DNA of 63,258 nt, counting the filler, from Octopus bimaculoides (Eukaryota): NCBI RefSeq assembly GCF_001194135.2. It is 6 parts of 5 records of this genome, joined end to end, with 100 filler letters (N's around TTAATTAATTAA, not from the genome) between each part and the next. Parts side by side here need not be neighbours in the genome. Positions count along the whole stretch, not along the records: positions 9,509 to 41,028 come from NC_068983.1; 5 more parts are not named here. The stretch is one strand, 5' to 3'. A program made the translations under genes and the position numbers. This document shows positions 13,284 through 26,554 of the stretch, in pieces. The notes beneath the pieces were generated by a model. It was not told the origin of the DNA and ran no database searches. It worked only from the letters and a program-made list of their open reading frames with translations. How positions within the stretch are numbered: position 1 is the first letter of the stretch; every line of letters starts with the position of its first letter.

Positions 13284-13716
13284 GACATTTTTGTGTATAA
13301 ATATATTGTTTATTCTGTGTTCACCTTTTGTGGTGGAAGCATGTAGTATGATACAAAAACATGTGTGCTTACATACAAAGAAAGTTTTAATTTTTGCTTT
13401 TGCACTGAAAGAAGTAACATATAATATTTGTATTACAGTATGTATGCATGTGTGTAAGGAGAACAGTAATTTTGAGAATGTGTATGTGATAAAATATCTT
13501 CGTTTACGAACCATATATTTTGTGTCGAGGTGAATAGACATACGAGTCGCACGTAGGAGATTGCGCGTGAAGCTGCAGAGAAGACGTGTGTCTTTGACCA
13601 AAGCCTGCCAGGAACTAAGGCCGTTTTCTACAGTGTAGCTCAGAACGAGGCTACTGTACCAAAGCGAGGCTAGATGCCTCATCGATATATTCATCTGTTG
13701 TGCAGGTCAACTCACA
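13284..13716 (-). repeat. 5' LTR of the Gypsy element (3' end replaced by an inverted duplication)
   Basis: Direct repeat of 9545-9992; starts TGTGAG at 13716 on the minus strand. Confidence 0.85.
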
Positions 13717-13802
13717 CTATGTAATATGTAATACTATGTAATATGTAGCTCTGCTACATACTCTACATGTTTTTTTCATTCTCTATTTATTTCCTCTTAT
13801 TC

Positions 13803-13838
13803 CTTTCTGTTAAAGAGCGTAGGCTCGAAACGTAAAAG
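13803..13838 (+). ncRNA. Minimal type I hammerhead-like motif in a Penelope-type terminus (mutated core)
   Basis: CTTT-CTGTTAA-A-GAGC gtag GCTC-GAAA-CG-TA-AAAG; related copies on the minus strand at 1859-1894, 41282-41317, 61905-61943. Confidence 0.55.
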
Positions 13839-13935
13839 ACTTTTCCATTTTCCCTAGCATCAAACTAATACACTTGCTTGTAGTTCCCACACTTGTCTTC
13901 GTCTTTGTTTTTTCTATCAATTTCAACCATATATA

Positions 13936-14115
13936 TACAGCATTAAGAGTATTTTAGCTCTTATTTCTAGTAATGTAGGTGCTTTGGCATCCTTAGTCAC
14001 ACTTAGTGATGACTGAATTTTTCCTTTATGATATCACATTGTGCCTGGCTATTTATACTAATTTTTAGTATATGCATAAGCCTTTCACTAAATCATTCAT
14101 AAAATTTAATGGTAA

Positions 14116-14178
<63 letters not shown>

Positions 14179-14605
14179 NNNNNNNNNNNNNNNNNNNNNN
14201 NNNNNNNNNNNNNNNNNNNNNNNNNNNNNNNNNNNNNNNNNNNNNNNNNNNNNNNNNNNNNNNNNNNNNNNNNNNNNNNNNNNNNNNNNNNNNNNNNNNN
14301 NNNNNNATATATATATATATATATGTTGGCAGAGGGAATCATACACCAGTCAACCAGTCCTCACTGATGATGCCTACAGTCATAGGCAAAACTAGATCTA
14401 GTCTAGGGATCCTCGAGCCAGTCATGGGACCGTTGCCTCCCCTGTCAGCATGTGTGTATACATTCAGTGCTCCTCCTACAGCATTCAGAGTATTTTAACT
14501 CTTATTTCTTACAATGTAGGTGCTTTGGCACCCTCAGTCACACTTAGCGACGATTCAATTTTTCCTTTATGGTATCACACTGTGCCTGGTTGTTTACATT
14601 AATTT
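13936..14605 (+). repeat. 129-bp direct repeats (13936-14064, 14477-14605) flanking a hammerhead motif
   Basis: About 85% identical by eye; an N gap lies between them. Confidence 0.85.
14358..14409 (+). ncRNA. Type I hammerhead motif with G12A change
   Basis: CTGATGA-T-GCCTA cagtca TAGGC-AAAA-CTAGATCTAG-TC-TAGGGA; palindromic stem III, GUC triplet. Confidence 0.65.
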
Positions 14606-15172
14606 ATAGATAGATAGATAGATAGATAGATCTAGTATGAGTGTGTGTGTGTGTGTGTGTGTTTATTAGATAATAAAACGAATGGTTTACACCTGGTAGC
14701 TTACTGGTAAAGCATGGTCACTTTCACAGTTTTTTAATGTATGTGGTAAATGCAGTGAGAATGAATTTGGATTATTGTTAACATAATTTACTTTAAGATA
14801 TGGATGAACTAAGTTTAGCGTTAACCTCCCCATTCTCATAAACACCAAGTTGCTACTTAACTCGCTTTATGATCATGTGTGCACCAAACCACACATGTGC
14901 ATATGCTTACATTTTCATGGATGCTTGTATGAGCAAGTGTACATGCACCATGCAGCTTGCACGAGGGCATTTATACATCCACATCCATTAATGGTTATTT
15001 TTAATACTTTTCTTGCTGTATTGCATGTTAATTTTTTTTTTTTTTTTTTGCATCTGATTTTATTTTTGATTTTCTATATAAATGAAGATATTTCCATCGT
15101 TTTGCTGCTTTTCTTTCTACGACATGAGAAGATACATTGTGGAGCTGTTATTTCAATGAGTTGTATCTATTT

Positions 15173-15276
15173 ATCACCTGATGAGACACATCTGCACTGC
15201 CAGATGCTCCTGAACCAGTTGTTAAGTGTCCCACCCAAGGGGAATCGATACTAGATGTGTCGAAACAATTGTGATT
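15173..15276 (+). ncRNA. Type I hammerhead motif (CAATTG family), cleavage triplet apparently deleted
   Basis: ATCAC-CTGATGA-GACACATCT...AGATGTGTC-GAAA-CAATT-GTGAT; perfect 9-bp stem II, 5-bp stem I. Confidence 0.65.
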
Positions 15277-15332
15277 AAGAAAAATTCTCATATATTCCAT
15301 CTTCCATCTTTCATTTACCATATATATTTGTA

Positions 15333-15375
<43 letters not shown>

Positions 15376-15376
<1 letters not shown>

Positions 15377-15603
15377 ATCCCCTTAGGTCATGAATGACCA
15401 TGGGATTGCACCAAGAAAGTTCCCTTCTAAGGCACAAGTCCAGACAAGGTTGTATATGGAAGACCAGCAGTCACCTATGCACACTAGCCTCCCCTCTCCA
15501 TGCCACTGATGTTATCCAAGGAAAAGGCAAAGGCTAATACATCTTGGCAGCAGTGACGTCGCAACTCATTTCTGCAGCTGAGAGAACTGGAGCAATGTGA
15601 AAT
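15376..15603 (-). mobile_element. Interspersed SINE-like repeat, 3' portion
   Basis: Resembles an octopus-type repeat recalled from memory (GATGTTATCCAAGG..GGCAAAGG..GTGACGTCGCAACTCATTTCT); no second clear copy here. Confidence 0.35.
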
Positions 15604-16228
15604 ATATATATATTATTCTTAAACACTTTTGTATCTTCTCCTTCACCCATCACCCTTGTGACAGCATGAACCATTAGAGCATTCATGTAGTATTTCATGT
15701 GGCTCCTTACATTCTGAATCCATTCAAATGAGACCAGTTCTGCCTTCCATATTTTTGATAAAATAAAGTACCAATCAAGTACAGAGGTTAATACAATCAA
15801 CTTCAAATTTATGGCCTGGCACCCATGTAAAAACTTATGAAGCAGATGGATTTGACAGAATAGGTAGGGCAGTGAACAAAATATTTTCTTTATTTTGTTA
15901 AAGCCTTTACATTTCAGAGTTCATATCCAGCCAAAGTCAACTTTGTCTTTCATCTCTCCATAAAAGTACAGGGGTCGATGTAAGGGACTAACCCTTGCCT
16001 CCTCTTAACAAACTGGTGGCTTTGTGCCAAAATTTGAAACAATTATTTTGTTATTGACATTGTTGTTTTTATTACTGATGTTACTATTAATATCAGTTTT
16101 ATCATTATCATCCTTATTATCAACATCGTTGTGATGATCATTAGCATTGTCATCAATATTATTACTAATTATTATTATTATCATTACTATTATAATTATT
16201 ACTATTATTATTGTTGTTGTTGTTGTTG

Positions 16229-16281
<53 letters not shown>

Positions 16282-16813
16282 TCCTCTATACTTTCATGAC
16301 TAAATCTCTTGAGAAACTCCTCTTCTCTGTCTGTCAAAGTAGTTGACACTGATCTGTTCTATGGGTTAGATTTACAAATCCCTATAGAATGTAGCTTGTC
16401 ACTTTCTTTCAGCTTGTACACATCATAGTTTTCACACACAGCATCCAAGTTTTTCCATTACTTCAGTTGATCATGTTGTTGTTATTGTTGTTGAGAGGGA
16501 GAAGAAGGAGGAGGAGGAGGAGGAGGCTGATTGACAATTTTTTTTTAATGTTTTTACTTTGTTTTGATCATGTTTGCAAATATTCAAAGTTTGTTTTTGG
16601 TTTTGTTTTTCTTTTAAGTATATTTGAATTTACCTATACATGTATACATTAAATTTACATGGATGTACACATTAAATATATGTGTGTATATATTTGTGTG
16701 TGCGCATGAGTAAATATGTATATATGTATGTTTACATAGATATGTTTATGTGTAAATATAGCTTTATGTGTGTGTAGATAGAAAGATAACTAGATAGATA
16801 GACAGATAGATAA

Positions 16814-16852
<39 letters not shown>

Positions 16853-16961
16853 TGTATGTATGTATTATACACACACAGATATATATGCACATATACTGTG
16901 TATGTCTCTACATATACATGCAACACAGCTACATATAGCATGAATTATGTGTGTATGTATG

Positions 16962-17004
<43 letters not shown>

Positions 17005-17138
17005 GTATACACACACACGCACACACACACAAATAAATACACACATATATTAAACATGTACCAACATATGTACAATTTGTAATTAAGCAAATTGTATATA
17101 TGTGACACACACATTTGAATGTATGCCTGATGTGTATA

Positions 17139-17173
<35 letters not shown>

Positions 17174-17233
17174 AAGTATGAATGTATATATCTGCACACA
17201 TAAGTATAATTTATATGACAATTGTCAGTTTGG

Positions 17234-17296
<63 letters not shown>

Positions 17297-17828
17297 TATG
17301 TATATATTTGTAGACAACATTCCTGAAACACTGATGCATCATGGAGACAAGATGGATAATGGATGGAGGGACTGTAGATCTACATAAACTATGATATCTG
17401 TACCTCACTCACAGCCCCTAGTTTACATGGTTGTACAACTTCCAAGCAGTAGCAGCTACATTTCCCTCAAATTCACTTTACTGTTTTTAATAAGGAAAGG
17501 ATACATTACATAATGTAATCTTACACCTAAAAAGATGAGATGATTATGACTGGAAAGTATTTAATTAGAGATTTGTCCAGTCAAAACTGATGACAATAAC
17601 AACAACAGGATCAACAAGTAGAACCGCCATCATTTGTGACTAACGAGACCTTATGTTACATGTAGATGTAATATAGAATTTGGCTAGTCACAAATAAAAA
17701 GGTAGCAGAAGTGTTATACAAAGAGCTTGTCCAGAAGATCTGCAACAATTGTTATATCAAAGCAGACAGAGAGAGAGAGAGAGATGAGAGCATGTGTAAG
17801 AGTGAGGGAGGGAGTTCATAAGGGAGAA

Positions 17829-17874
<46 letters not shown>

Positions 17875-18379
17875 NNNNNNNNNNNNNNNNNNNNNNNNNN
17901 NNNNNNNNNNNNNNNNNNNNNNNNNNNNNNNNNNNNNNNNNNNNNNNNNNNNNNNNNNNNNNNNNNNNNNNNNNNNNNNNNNNNNNNNNNNNNNNNNNNN
18001 NNNNNNNNNNNNNNNNNNNNNNNNNNNNNNNNNNNNNNNNNNNNNNNNNNNNNNNNNNNNNNNNNNNNNNNNNNNNNNNNNNNNNNNNNNNNNNNNNNNN
18101 NNNNNNNNNNNNNNNNNNNNNNNNNNNNNNNNNNNNNNNNNNNNNNNNNNNNNNNNNNNNNNNNNNNNNNNNNNNNNNNNNNNNNNNNNNNNNNNNNNNN
18201 NNNNNNNNNNNNNNNNNNNNNNNNNNNNNNNNNNNNNNNNNNNNNNNNNNNNNNNNNNNNNNNNNNNNNNNNNNNNNNNNNNNNNNNNNNNNNNNNNNNN
18301 NNATATATATATATATATATATATACTGTGCTATGTTCGTAAGTCAAGGCTTTCACTCTACACACGCCAGTTCAACTTG

Positions 18380-18665
18380 ATTGGTTGAAAGACATTTTCT
18401 TTGTTTTTTTGTCTTTGTTTTCGTACACATTCTCTTGCTTTCTACCAAAAAATTTAATGCTCTTAGCTTAGAGTTTTGGGGGCCAGCCAGATTTGGACAG
18501 TCTCAAGTGTAACCAGCCGAAACTGTAAGGATGATCTGGAAGTTTGACTGATGAGAGAAGGCTGTGAATGACCTGTCCTTGTTTTTTCCTTTTTTGTTGT
18601 TTTTCTTTGTATCATCTATCTGTCTGGTTGTTTTATTGTTGTTTGTTGCAGTCTTGTTCCATTTT
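18380..18665 (+). mobile_element. Penelope-type terminal repeat, single copy
   Basis: CAGCCGAAACTGTAAGGATGATCTGGAA...GTTCCATTTTG is homologous to the loop plus right arm of the 34237-34529 palindrome. Confidence 0.5.
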
Positions 18666-21600
18666 GGGGATATGCAAACAGAAAAAAAGCAAAGGCTGAA
18701 GATTTTCAGATGATGAATATTTATTAAGTATAAATACATCGATATTTATATATCAATAGCTCAAACTTACACAAAGTACAAACCACATTTAAACATTCCG
18801 CCTTTAAACTTTTCTGTAATGTAATATTTTTTCTACCCTGATAATGGGGGCTCAATTTATCCAATGTTGATTGCTTCCATCATGGCTTGCATATTGTGGT
18901 GAACTATATCTACCAACATTATGATGGATCTCTCAGCCCCCAGAAACACTTGTTGGACTTATAACACCTTACTTCTTCCCTTCTGTGTGTGTGTGTGTGT
19001 ATGTGTGTTTTGTGTGCAGATGTATGTGTATGTATATAATGAGCTTTTTACCGTTTTTTATTAGCAAATTCATAAGGCCTGGCACTATAGAAGAAAACAC
19101 TTGGCCAAGATACTGTGCAATAGGACCGAACCCAAAATCACATGATTTTCTTAATAAAACTGCCATGCCTATGCCTCCTTGTATATGTACATATTAGGCT
19201 CTGTGTGTGTGTGTGTGTGTGTTTATTCCAATAAATCCTGATATTATCTGTTCAAAAGAATAGGGTAAAGCCTGCAAGTAAAGAACTAAAATTATTAAAA
19301 CTGTCAACATGTCATTACAAAACACTGTTACACACAAACGTGTGTATGTGTGTGTATGTATATGTGTACATACACGTATGTATGCATGTATGTATTGAGG
19401 GGTGCTTACATATACATTTACATGTGGTAGGAATGGTTGTTGTGAAGCTGTTGGTAGAGGATTAAATGTAAACTATTTTTCTTTTTACAATATTTGTTTG
19501 AGTAATAATAATTGAAGGAAAACAGCAGTGTGCCAATATTTAATTATCTATGACTAATTAATTAATTAATTAATTAAACCTATAATTATAATTGTTAAAT
19601 CATATTTGTAATTTATAACTATCTCATACGATTAATGAAACCAGGGAAGTTAGTTGAGTGGGATGTAACTATTTCTGTTGACATCAAGAGATAGAAATCT
19701 TTACTCAGTGCCATGGGGCAAGAGATAAGCTAAACAAATCAAGTCCTTTGACTAAATATTGATTCCCAGTTTAAACTGGTTTACTTCGCTCATGTTGTAA
19801 ATATGCCATAATTAGAAGGCATGACTATTGTAACTTCAGTTTAATACCTCCAATAAAACATGATATTCATACCAAATCAAACACTTAGGTGTGAGTGGAA
19901 TTATAACAGAAAAGGAAACCGATCCCATATAGGATGTTTCCTTCTGTGTTGTTTCCTTAATGCTAAAAACCTGAAGATAAAGAAAAATATGAAGAGTAAA
20001 AGAAAGAAAGGAATGGAGAAAGAGAAAATATAGTGAAGAATAAAAGCAATGAAGGAGAGAGAATAAGATGATGAAATAAAAGGGAGGAAATAAGAGATGC
20101 TACTAAGAAGCAAAAACCATTTAGTGCAACATTCTACCATTAAAAGTAGTAATAATAAAATTATAGAAATAATATTTTATTTACACTTTTGTAACCAAAT
20201 TTCTGTAGGAATATACTTCCGCCGATTCACTTAATTTTGAAACTAACAAAGAATTTAGTAAAATAACTTTGTCATTATTAAATTGGTGTTCAGAAGATAA
20301 CATGATCTTTTGATAGGGGATTTTAAGTTATATCACTTTAAAACAGGAGGTCTCAGGTGGGTTAGTAATAAAGGTGGTAGGAGTATTTATGCCCCTATCA
20401 ACCCCAACCCATGTACCCCACTGACAGTTAGGCACATTTTCAAAGTCAAACATTCACTTTTCAAATTATGCAAGAAGTGATAGTCAAAATTTTAATAACT
20501 TTAATAACCTGGCCAGTAAGACAGAAATTATGGACATATGCTTCCTCTGGGAAAACAAAGGACAATGCTGAAGTATGTTATAAGGGGCAGCGTCTTTTTG
20601 CCTGAGAAATACATCCAGGAATGGTCAATGAGAAAAGTAAGATACTTCTGTTTTAGCCAAATATAAAAGAGGGAGAGACTTTCATATGAGCTTAAAATTT
20701 GAAATCAATGTATGGAATGAAGTTGTTTTCATCGACTGAAGTAGATGAATATGAGATTAAACCCTGGAATGATCAGTTGGTATTTCACACATCTGGCCAC
20801 AGGCTGGTACCACAACATATGAGCAACAGAACACATGGATCACAGCCAAAAGTATTGGTGGTGATGCTAACCCTTAGTTTGTCATCACATTTGTGACACT
20901 GTATTGGTAAGTAGAGAGCACAAGTGAGGAGTACAGAGTGGAGTCAACATAAACATACAAGTTCTGATGACCCTAAAGACCACAAAGCTATACTAGAGCT
21001 GTATTCCACTGTGGTTGAAGAAAAAAGGCCTTTACACTGGTGGTGCAGAACAGAAAATTTAGTTGCTCTACATAACACTGTGAAAGCCACATGGGCGCTT
21101 TCTGCCAAGAGATGGAAAAGCAGAGGAAGAACGAAAGTGGGCTCTAGAAATTGCTTCCAAAGTACCACTTGTCACAGCTCCAAGGATAGTCAACTCATCT
21201 TTAAGGTCAGGAACTGATGGTACTATGATGGAGTGGTACTACTGAGAAGGTCCTACTCCTAACAGTACTGCTACCCCATCATCTGGCCATAAGGAGCAAA
21301 TGGAGCTGGGAGAGTAATGGGAAACTCATTAGAAGTCAAAAAGAAGGAGGAATCATAAAAGAATAAAAGCACAAATCAAAGACACATGAACCAATGAAGA
21401 GAAGCATGCACACATGCACACACACACACACACACACAAGGCACTCATACACATACACACAGACTGAAATGACTTGAGATTCATAGTTCTTTGAATCACA
21501 AATGAAGAACTAATAGATATGTTGAAAGATGTACTTAATGTGCTTACTAAAGAGGAGAAAAGGAAGATAATGTGGAATATTCAATTGATAAACTGCTTGT

Positions 21601-23988
21601 GAAAAACTACACCAGCAATACATGAACAGTAATCCTGTAAACACATAGAAGACATAGGTGCTTTCTTTTCACCCAGTTTATCACTGGAGATACTCGTGGG
21701 CACCTTCAGGACTACCTATTTCCAGGACCAGAAGTGGAAAGTATTCAGAGTTGTAATGAGGCTTCCTGACTCTGTTTAGGTGGCAAAGCAAGGGAGAAGA
21801 TCCAAATACAATATAATCATGAAGATGGTACTGCAAACGTTTTAGTGGTGGTGGCGGTGGCGGCGGTGGTAGTGGTAGTGGTAGTGGCAGCAGCAGCAGC
21901 AGTGGTGGTGGTGGTGGTGGTGGTGGTGCTATTGCTGGAGCTTATATGGTGGTAGTGTTGGTGATGGTAAATTTCCTTAATGAGATTGAACAGTCATCTA
22001 AGCTTCCAGAAGCAAACCAAAATCAGATAAAAACCGTTAAATCACTGTCTTGGAAAATGTGTATATTGGCTTATCTTACTTATAAAAATGGATATGACAA
22101 GGCATAGAGACTACCTAAGACAGATAACTAAGACTAAATCCATTCTTTCTCATTTGATCTAAAAGGAGGTTATCACATTGACAAAGTCAGTGTGACCTGC
22201 ACCATGTTTCAGGAAGCTTATATTTAATTCTCAGGCGGTTGGCAGCTAATACAATAATTTAAAAACTGTTTTTTAAGGCAGGCATCAATTCTTTACGCAC
22301 CATGTAATAAAATATATAGCTATTTACCTATTTAGTTTATGAAGCTTAAAACATGCAAACTGTTACCTTGTGTAAAGTTTTAATTTTTGAATTTTATGTT
22401 AACTATTGATTTAAAGTTCACTAACCTTTAAAGAAATTATAACCAAACAAGAAACAAGGCACATCAGATGCAAGCTCTTATCTTTTGTTCAATCCCCAAG
22501 TGACAGATAGAGAAGTTTACTTGTCTTTACAGTTATTCTTTTAAGAGCTCAACTAAGGATAAATTCTATTTTACAAAGTTACCAAGTAGAAAAATTATCT
22601 GAGAACTTCTCTTATTGTTTTTTTTATTTCTCTTGGTTGCTTGTTTTAAAACAATTTAGTTTTATATTTTACTTCTTTCTATTATATTTTTGTTCATTGA
22701 TTATTTTATTTAGTTTAAGAACAAAAACTAAAAAAATGTCTTTATCTTTGGATATATATTAAGGTAGAAAATAATGGAGTTTATAATAAGTTATGCACAG
22801 AAAGAGTAAAGTGGATATAGGTGGAATGGGAAAGTTCTTTATGAGATGATTGTTGCTATGTTTACGTCTCTGCACCTTTCTTTAATGAAAAACGAAAACC
22901 AATATCCAGAATTTTAATATTTGACGATTTCAATCTTCCACTTGTATTACATAAAAATCAGGGTATCTCAGGAATAAATGGATATTCACTTAAGCAGCAG
23001 AAATGAGCAGAACAATTAACTACATTTATAAATTTCAAAAGTTCCTAAAAAAACCATGACCTTGCATCTCTCGACTACTGACAAAATTTTAATGCTAAGA
23101 TATTAACACAGTCTGCTACAACTGTTTTAACACAATTAGCCCTGTTTATTCTAAGATTTATGGGAAAAAATAACAGATTTAAACATTCAAATATTCATCA
23201 TCATCGTTTTAATATCCATTTCTTTATGCTTGCATGGGTCAGGTAGGATTTGTTAAAGAAGATTTTCTATGGCTGGATGCTCTTCATGTTGCCAACTTTT
23301 ATTTGATTCCAAAGACACTAATAATCCCCTGGTCTACTGAACAATGAACAGCCCAGACATAGATACACAGTGAACTGAAACAAATGACACTGTTTGAACA
23401 AGCCTTTTATTTATAAATATCATACAACATGTGAAGCATGTTAAACAGCCTGGACATGTTTTTGTGATTGACTACAGGTAAGAGACACTGGCTATATTGC
23501 TCTTCACAGCCAGCAAATACACATGAAGCTGAGGAGAAATATGAACTCTCTCACATGCATAGACACAGACCCATGCATACATGCATACATACATACATAC
23601 ATACATACAAACATACATACATACAAACATACATACGTACGTACGTACATACATACATATATATATGCATGTATATGTATATATGCTATATGCATATATA
23701 TGTGTGTGAATTGTGGCACAATATGGACAGATTTCGGAATACCGATGAACTTTTGTGTAAATGTATCAACTTAAAGGATAAACATATTACAATGGATAAT
23801 ACCAAGTGGACTTCCCCTTTCTCNNNNNNNNNNATATAATGATGCATCGACTGTTTGTGTATAAAGCTTGAAACACGTGTACCGTGGAATCCTTTGTGTT
23901 CTGTTTTCATTTTACGTTTTTAATTTATATATACGTAGGTAGGTAGGTAGGTAGGTAGGTAAGTAGATAGATAGAAAGATAGATAAAT

Positions 23989-24081
<93 letters not shown>

Positions 24082-24264
24082 GGCAGACAGACAGACAGGC
24101 AGGCAGGCAGGCAGACAGACAGATAGATAGAAGGCAGACAGACAGACAGACAGACAACAGACAGATAGATAGATAGAAGGCAAACAGACATACAACCATA
24201 GATATATGACAGACTTCTTCAACGTCTACAAGTTTCATTGAGAAGATATTGATTACTCTCTGAA

Positions 24265-25835
24265 TCTATATATATAAAAATGAGAATGTGTGTCTGTCTG
24301 TCTGTCTCTGTGTGTGTGTGTGTGAATCCCTAAAACTCAAGAACTACGCAGCCAATTTCATTCAAATTTTACAGATGCCTTATTTAGGGTTCCAGTTGTG
24401 TTTTAGTCAAAAAAAATTTTAACTTCTTGCAGAGTTCGAACCCACGGCAACATAATATCTCCTCCACTATTTAAGTATTTCGTGTCAAAAGTGAAACAAA
24501 AACACTCATGTCAAATACTTTCACTTTAAAAATGAAACTATTCTACTAACTGAAACAATCACATTTCGATACTGTAATGACAGATACTTTCAGAGAGAGA
24601 GAGAAAGNNNNNNNNNNNNNNNNNNNNNNNNNNNNNNNNNNNNNNNNNNNNNNNNNNNNNNNNNNNNNNNNNNNNNNNNNNNNNNNNNNNNNNNNNNNNN
24701 NNNNNNNNNNNNNNNNNNNNNNNNNNNNNNNNNNNNNNNNNNNNNNNNNNNNNNNNNNNNNNNNNNNNNNNNNNNNNNNNNNNNNNNNNNNNNNNNNNNN
24801 NNNNNNNNNNNNNNNNNNNNNNNNNNNNNNNNNNNNNNNNNNNNNNNNNNNNNNNNNNNNNNNNNNNNNNNNNNNNNNNNNNNNNNNNNNNNNNNNNNNN
24901 NNNNNNNNNNNNNNNNNNNNNNNNNNNNNNNNNNNNNNNNNNNNNNNNNNNNNNNNNNNNNNNNNNNNNNNNNNNNNNNNNNNNNNNNNNNNNNNNNNNN
25001 NNNNNNNNNNNNNNNNNNNNNNNNNNNNNNNNNNNNNNNNNNNNNNNNNNNNNNNNNNNNNNNNNNNNNNNNNNNNNNNNNNNNNNNNNNNNNNNNNNNN
25101 NNNNNNNNNNNNNNNNNNNNNNNNNNNNNNNNNNNNNNNNNNNNNNNNNNNNNNNNNNNNNNNNNNNNNNNNNNNNNNNNNNNNNNNNNNNNNNNNNNNN
25201 NNNNNNNNNNNNNNNNNNNNNNNNNNNNNNNNNNNNNNNNNNNNNNNNNNNNNNNNNNNNNNNNNNNNNNNNNNNNNNNNNNNNNNNNNNNNNNNNNNNN
25301 NNNNNNNNNNNNNNNNNNNNNNNNNNNNNNNNNNNNNNNNNNNNNNNNNNNNNNNNNNNNNNNNNNNNNNNNNNNNNNNNNNNNNNNNNNNNNNNNNNNN
25401 NNNNNNNNNNNNNNNNNNNNNNNNNNNNNNNNNNNNNNNNNNNNNNNNNNNNNNNNNNNNNNNNNNNNNNNNNNNNCATTGTGATTTCTGCAATGTGGTG
25501 CATAAATTGTCAAGTAAATGAGACGCATCTTTGCCTCCACTGATTCACTTGCAAAGTGTTGAGTAAAATTATTTCGTTGCAGACCTCCTTTGAGTCTTTT
25601 TATTATCACTGCGACACACATAGTCCCCAGTTGGTAACATTGATTTCAAGGCCTTCCTAGATGAGAGACTGGCATTCCACTTAATGTCTATGTTCCATGC
25701 TGGCATGAATTGGAGAGTTATTAATGTAGAAATATGGTATCGTACCTACTAACAGTTGAGGGTTGCGTAGTCTAGACGGCGTTTTTAGATTTCATTATTC
25801 TCTTTAACCCGGGCAAAGCCGGGTATTTCTGCTAG
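24265..25835 (+). mobile_element. Non-autonomous Helitron-like element (interior largely N)
   Basis: 5' A|TC followed by TATATATATAAAA and a (TGTC)n tract; 3' hairpin ACCCGGGCAAAGCCGGGT (25807-25824), then CTAG|T; the two ends are linked only across a gap. Confidence 0.7.
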
Positions 25836-26554
25836 TATACTATAAAATACCAGCTGACAACATTCATGTAGCAGGACTGAATTCCTAACCATGAAGTTTC
25901 AAATCAAACTCCTTAACTATATAGCCATACCTGTGCCCAAACATTCAAATAATACTTTGATAAAGTTCATTAAAATATTCCAAGCAAGTTGTCTATGTTT
26001 CTCCAAATAACAACTCTATTCTCAAATGGCAAATCTAATAAAGTTACTAAATATTTTAAACTAACCTAGCTGCTGAGGCTTCATTTAGCAGTGAGTGAGA
26101 TTGTTTACACTGCCTATAGAGTGTTACTGAGTTAACCATATTCAGTTAATCACACCCACTGCACTTGGTGGTTATCTGATGTTATCTGTCATTATGCAAC
26201 CAACTGAATCATACTACACTTAAATTAGTGATACTCAACAGGGGGTCACATTTCTTCTTTCTTGTCAGATTTACACAGTTGTAGTGAAAGATTGTTGGGA
26301 ATACCAAAATATTTCAGAACAGGACACATACACATTTAAGAAAGGAGAAGGAAATATTTGTGCAGAAACTACACATGTTCAAAATGGATGCAATTATCAG
26401 TATTCTGAATTGGCATTCCTAAACAATTGTGATTTTTTATACATGAAACCATTGGTAGCATTGTTAACACACAAAAAAGAATATTTATCCATCAAATGTA
26501 GTATTCAGCACTCAATCTTACTTAGCGATTATATATATCATGATCATCCTTTAA

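Larger units (their letters stand above)
9525..13716 (-). mobile_element. Ty3/Gypsy LTR retrotransposon, decayed, internal region truncated at both ends
   Basis: Gag-PR-RT-RNaseH-INT order between about 450-bp direct repeats; composite LTR ends TGTGAG...GTAACA on the minus strand with AATAAA near the 3' end. Confidence 0.92.

Noticed and set aside
13262-13347. TGGTGGAAGCATG or TGGTGATTCATAC (minus strand) as the Gypsy primer-binding site
   Set aside because: The first lies inside LTR-derived sequence present in both LTRs. Neither convincingly matches a tRNA 3' end that I can verify.
20700-21300. Possible Tc1-like transposase relic
   Set aside because: Only a vague VVFID*SR resemblance; no other catalytic motifs recovered
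26421-26457. AAACAATTGTGATT and GAAACCATTGGTA strings matching hammerhead 3' halves
   Set aside because: No upstream CTGANGA or pairing stems I and II
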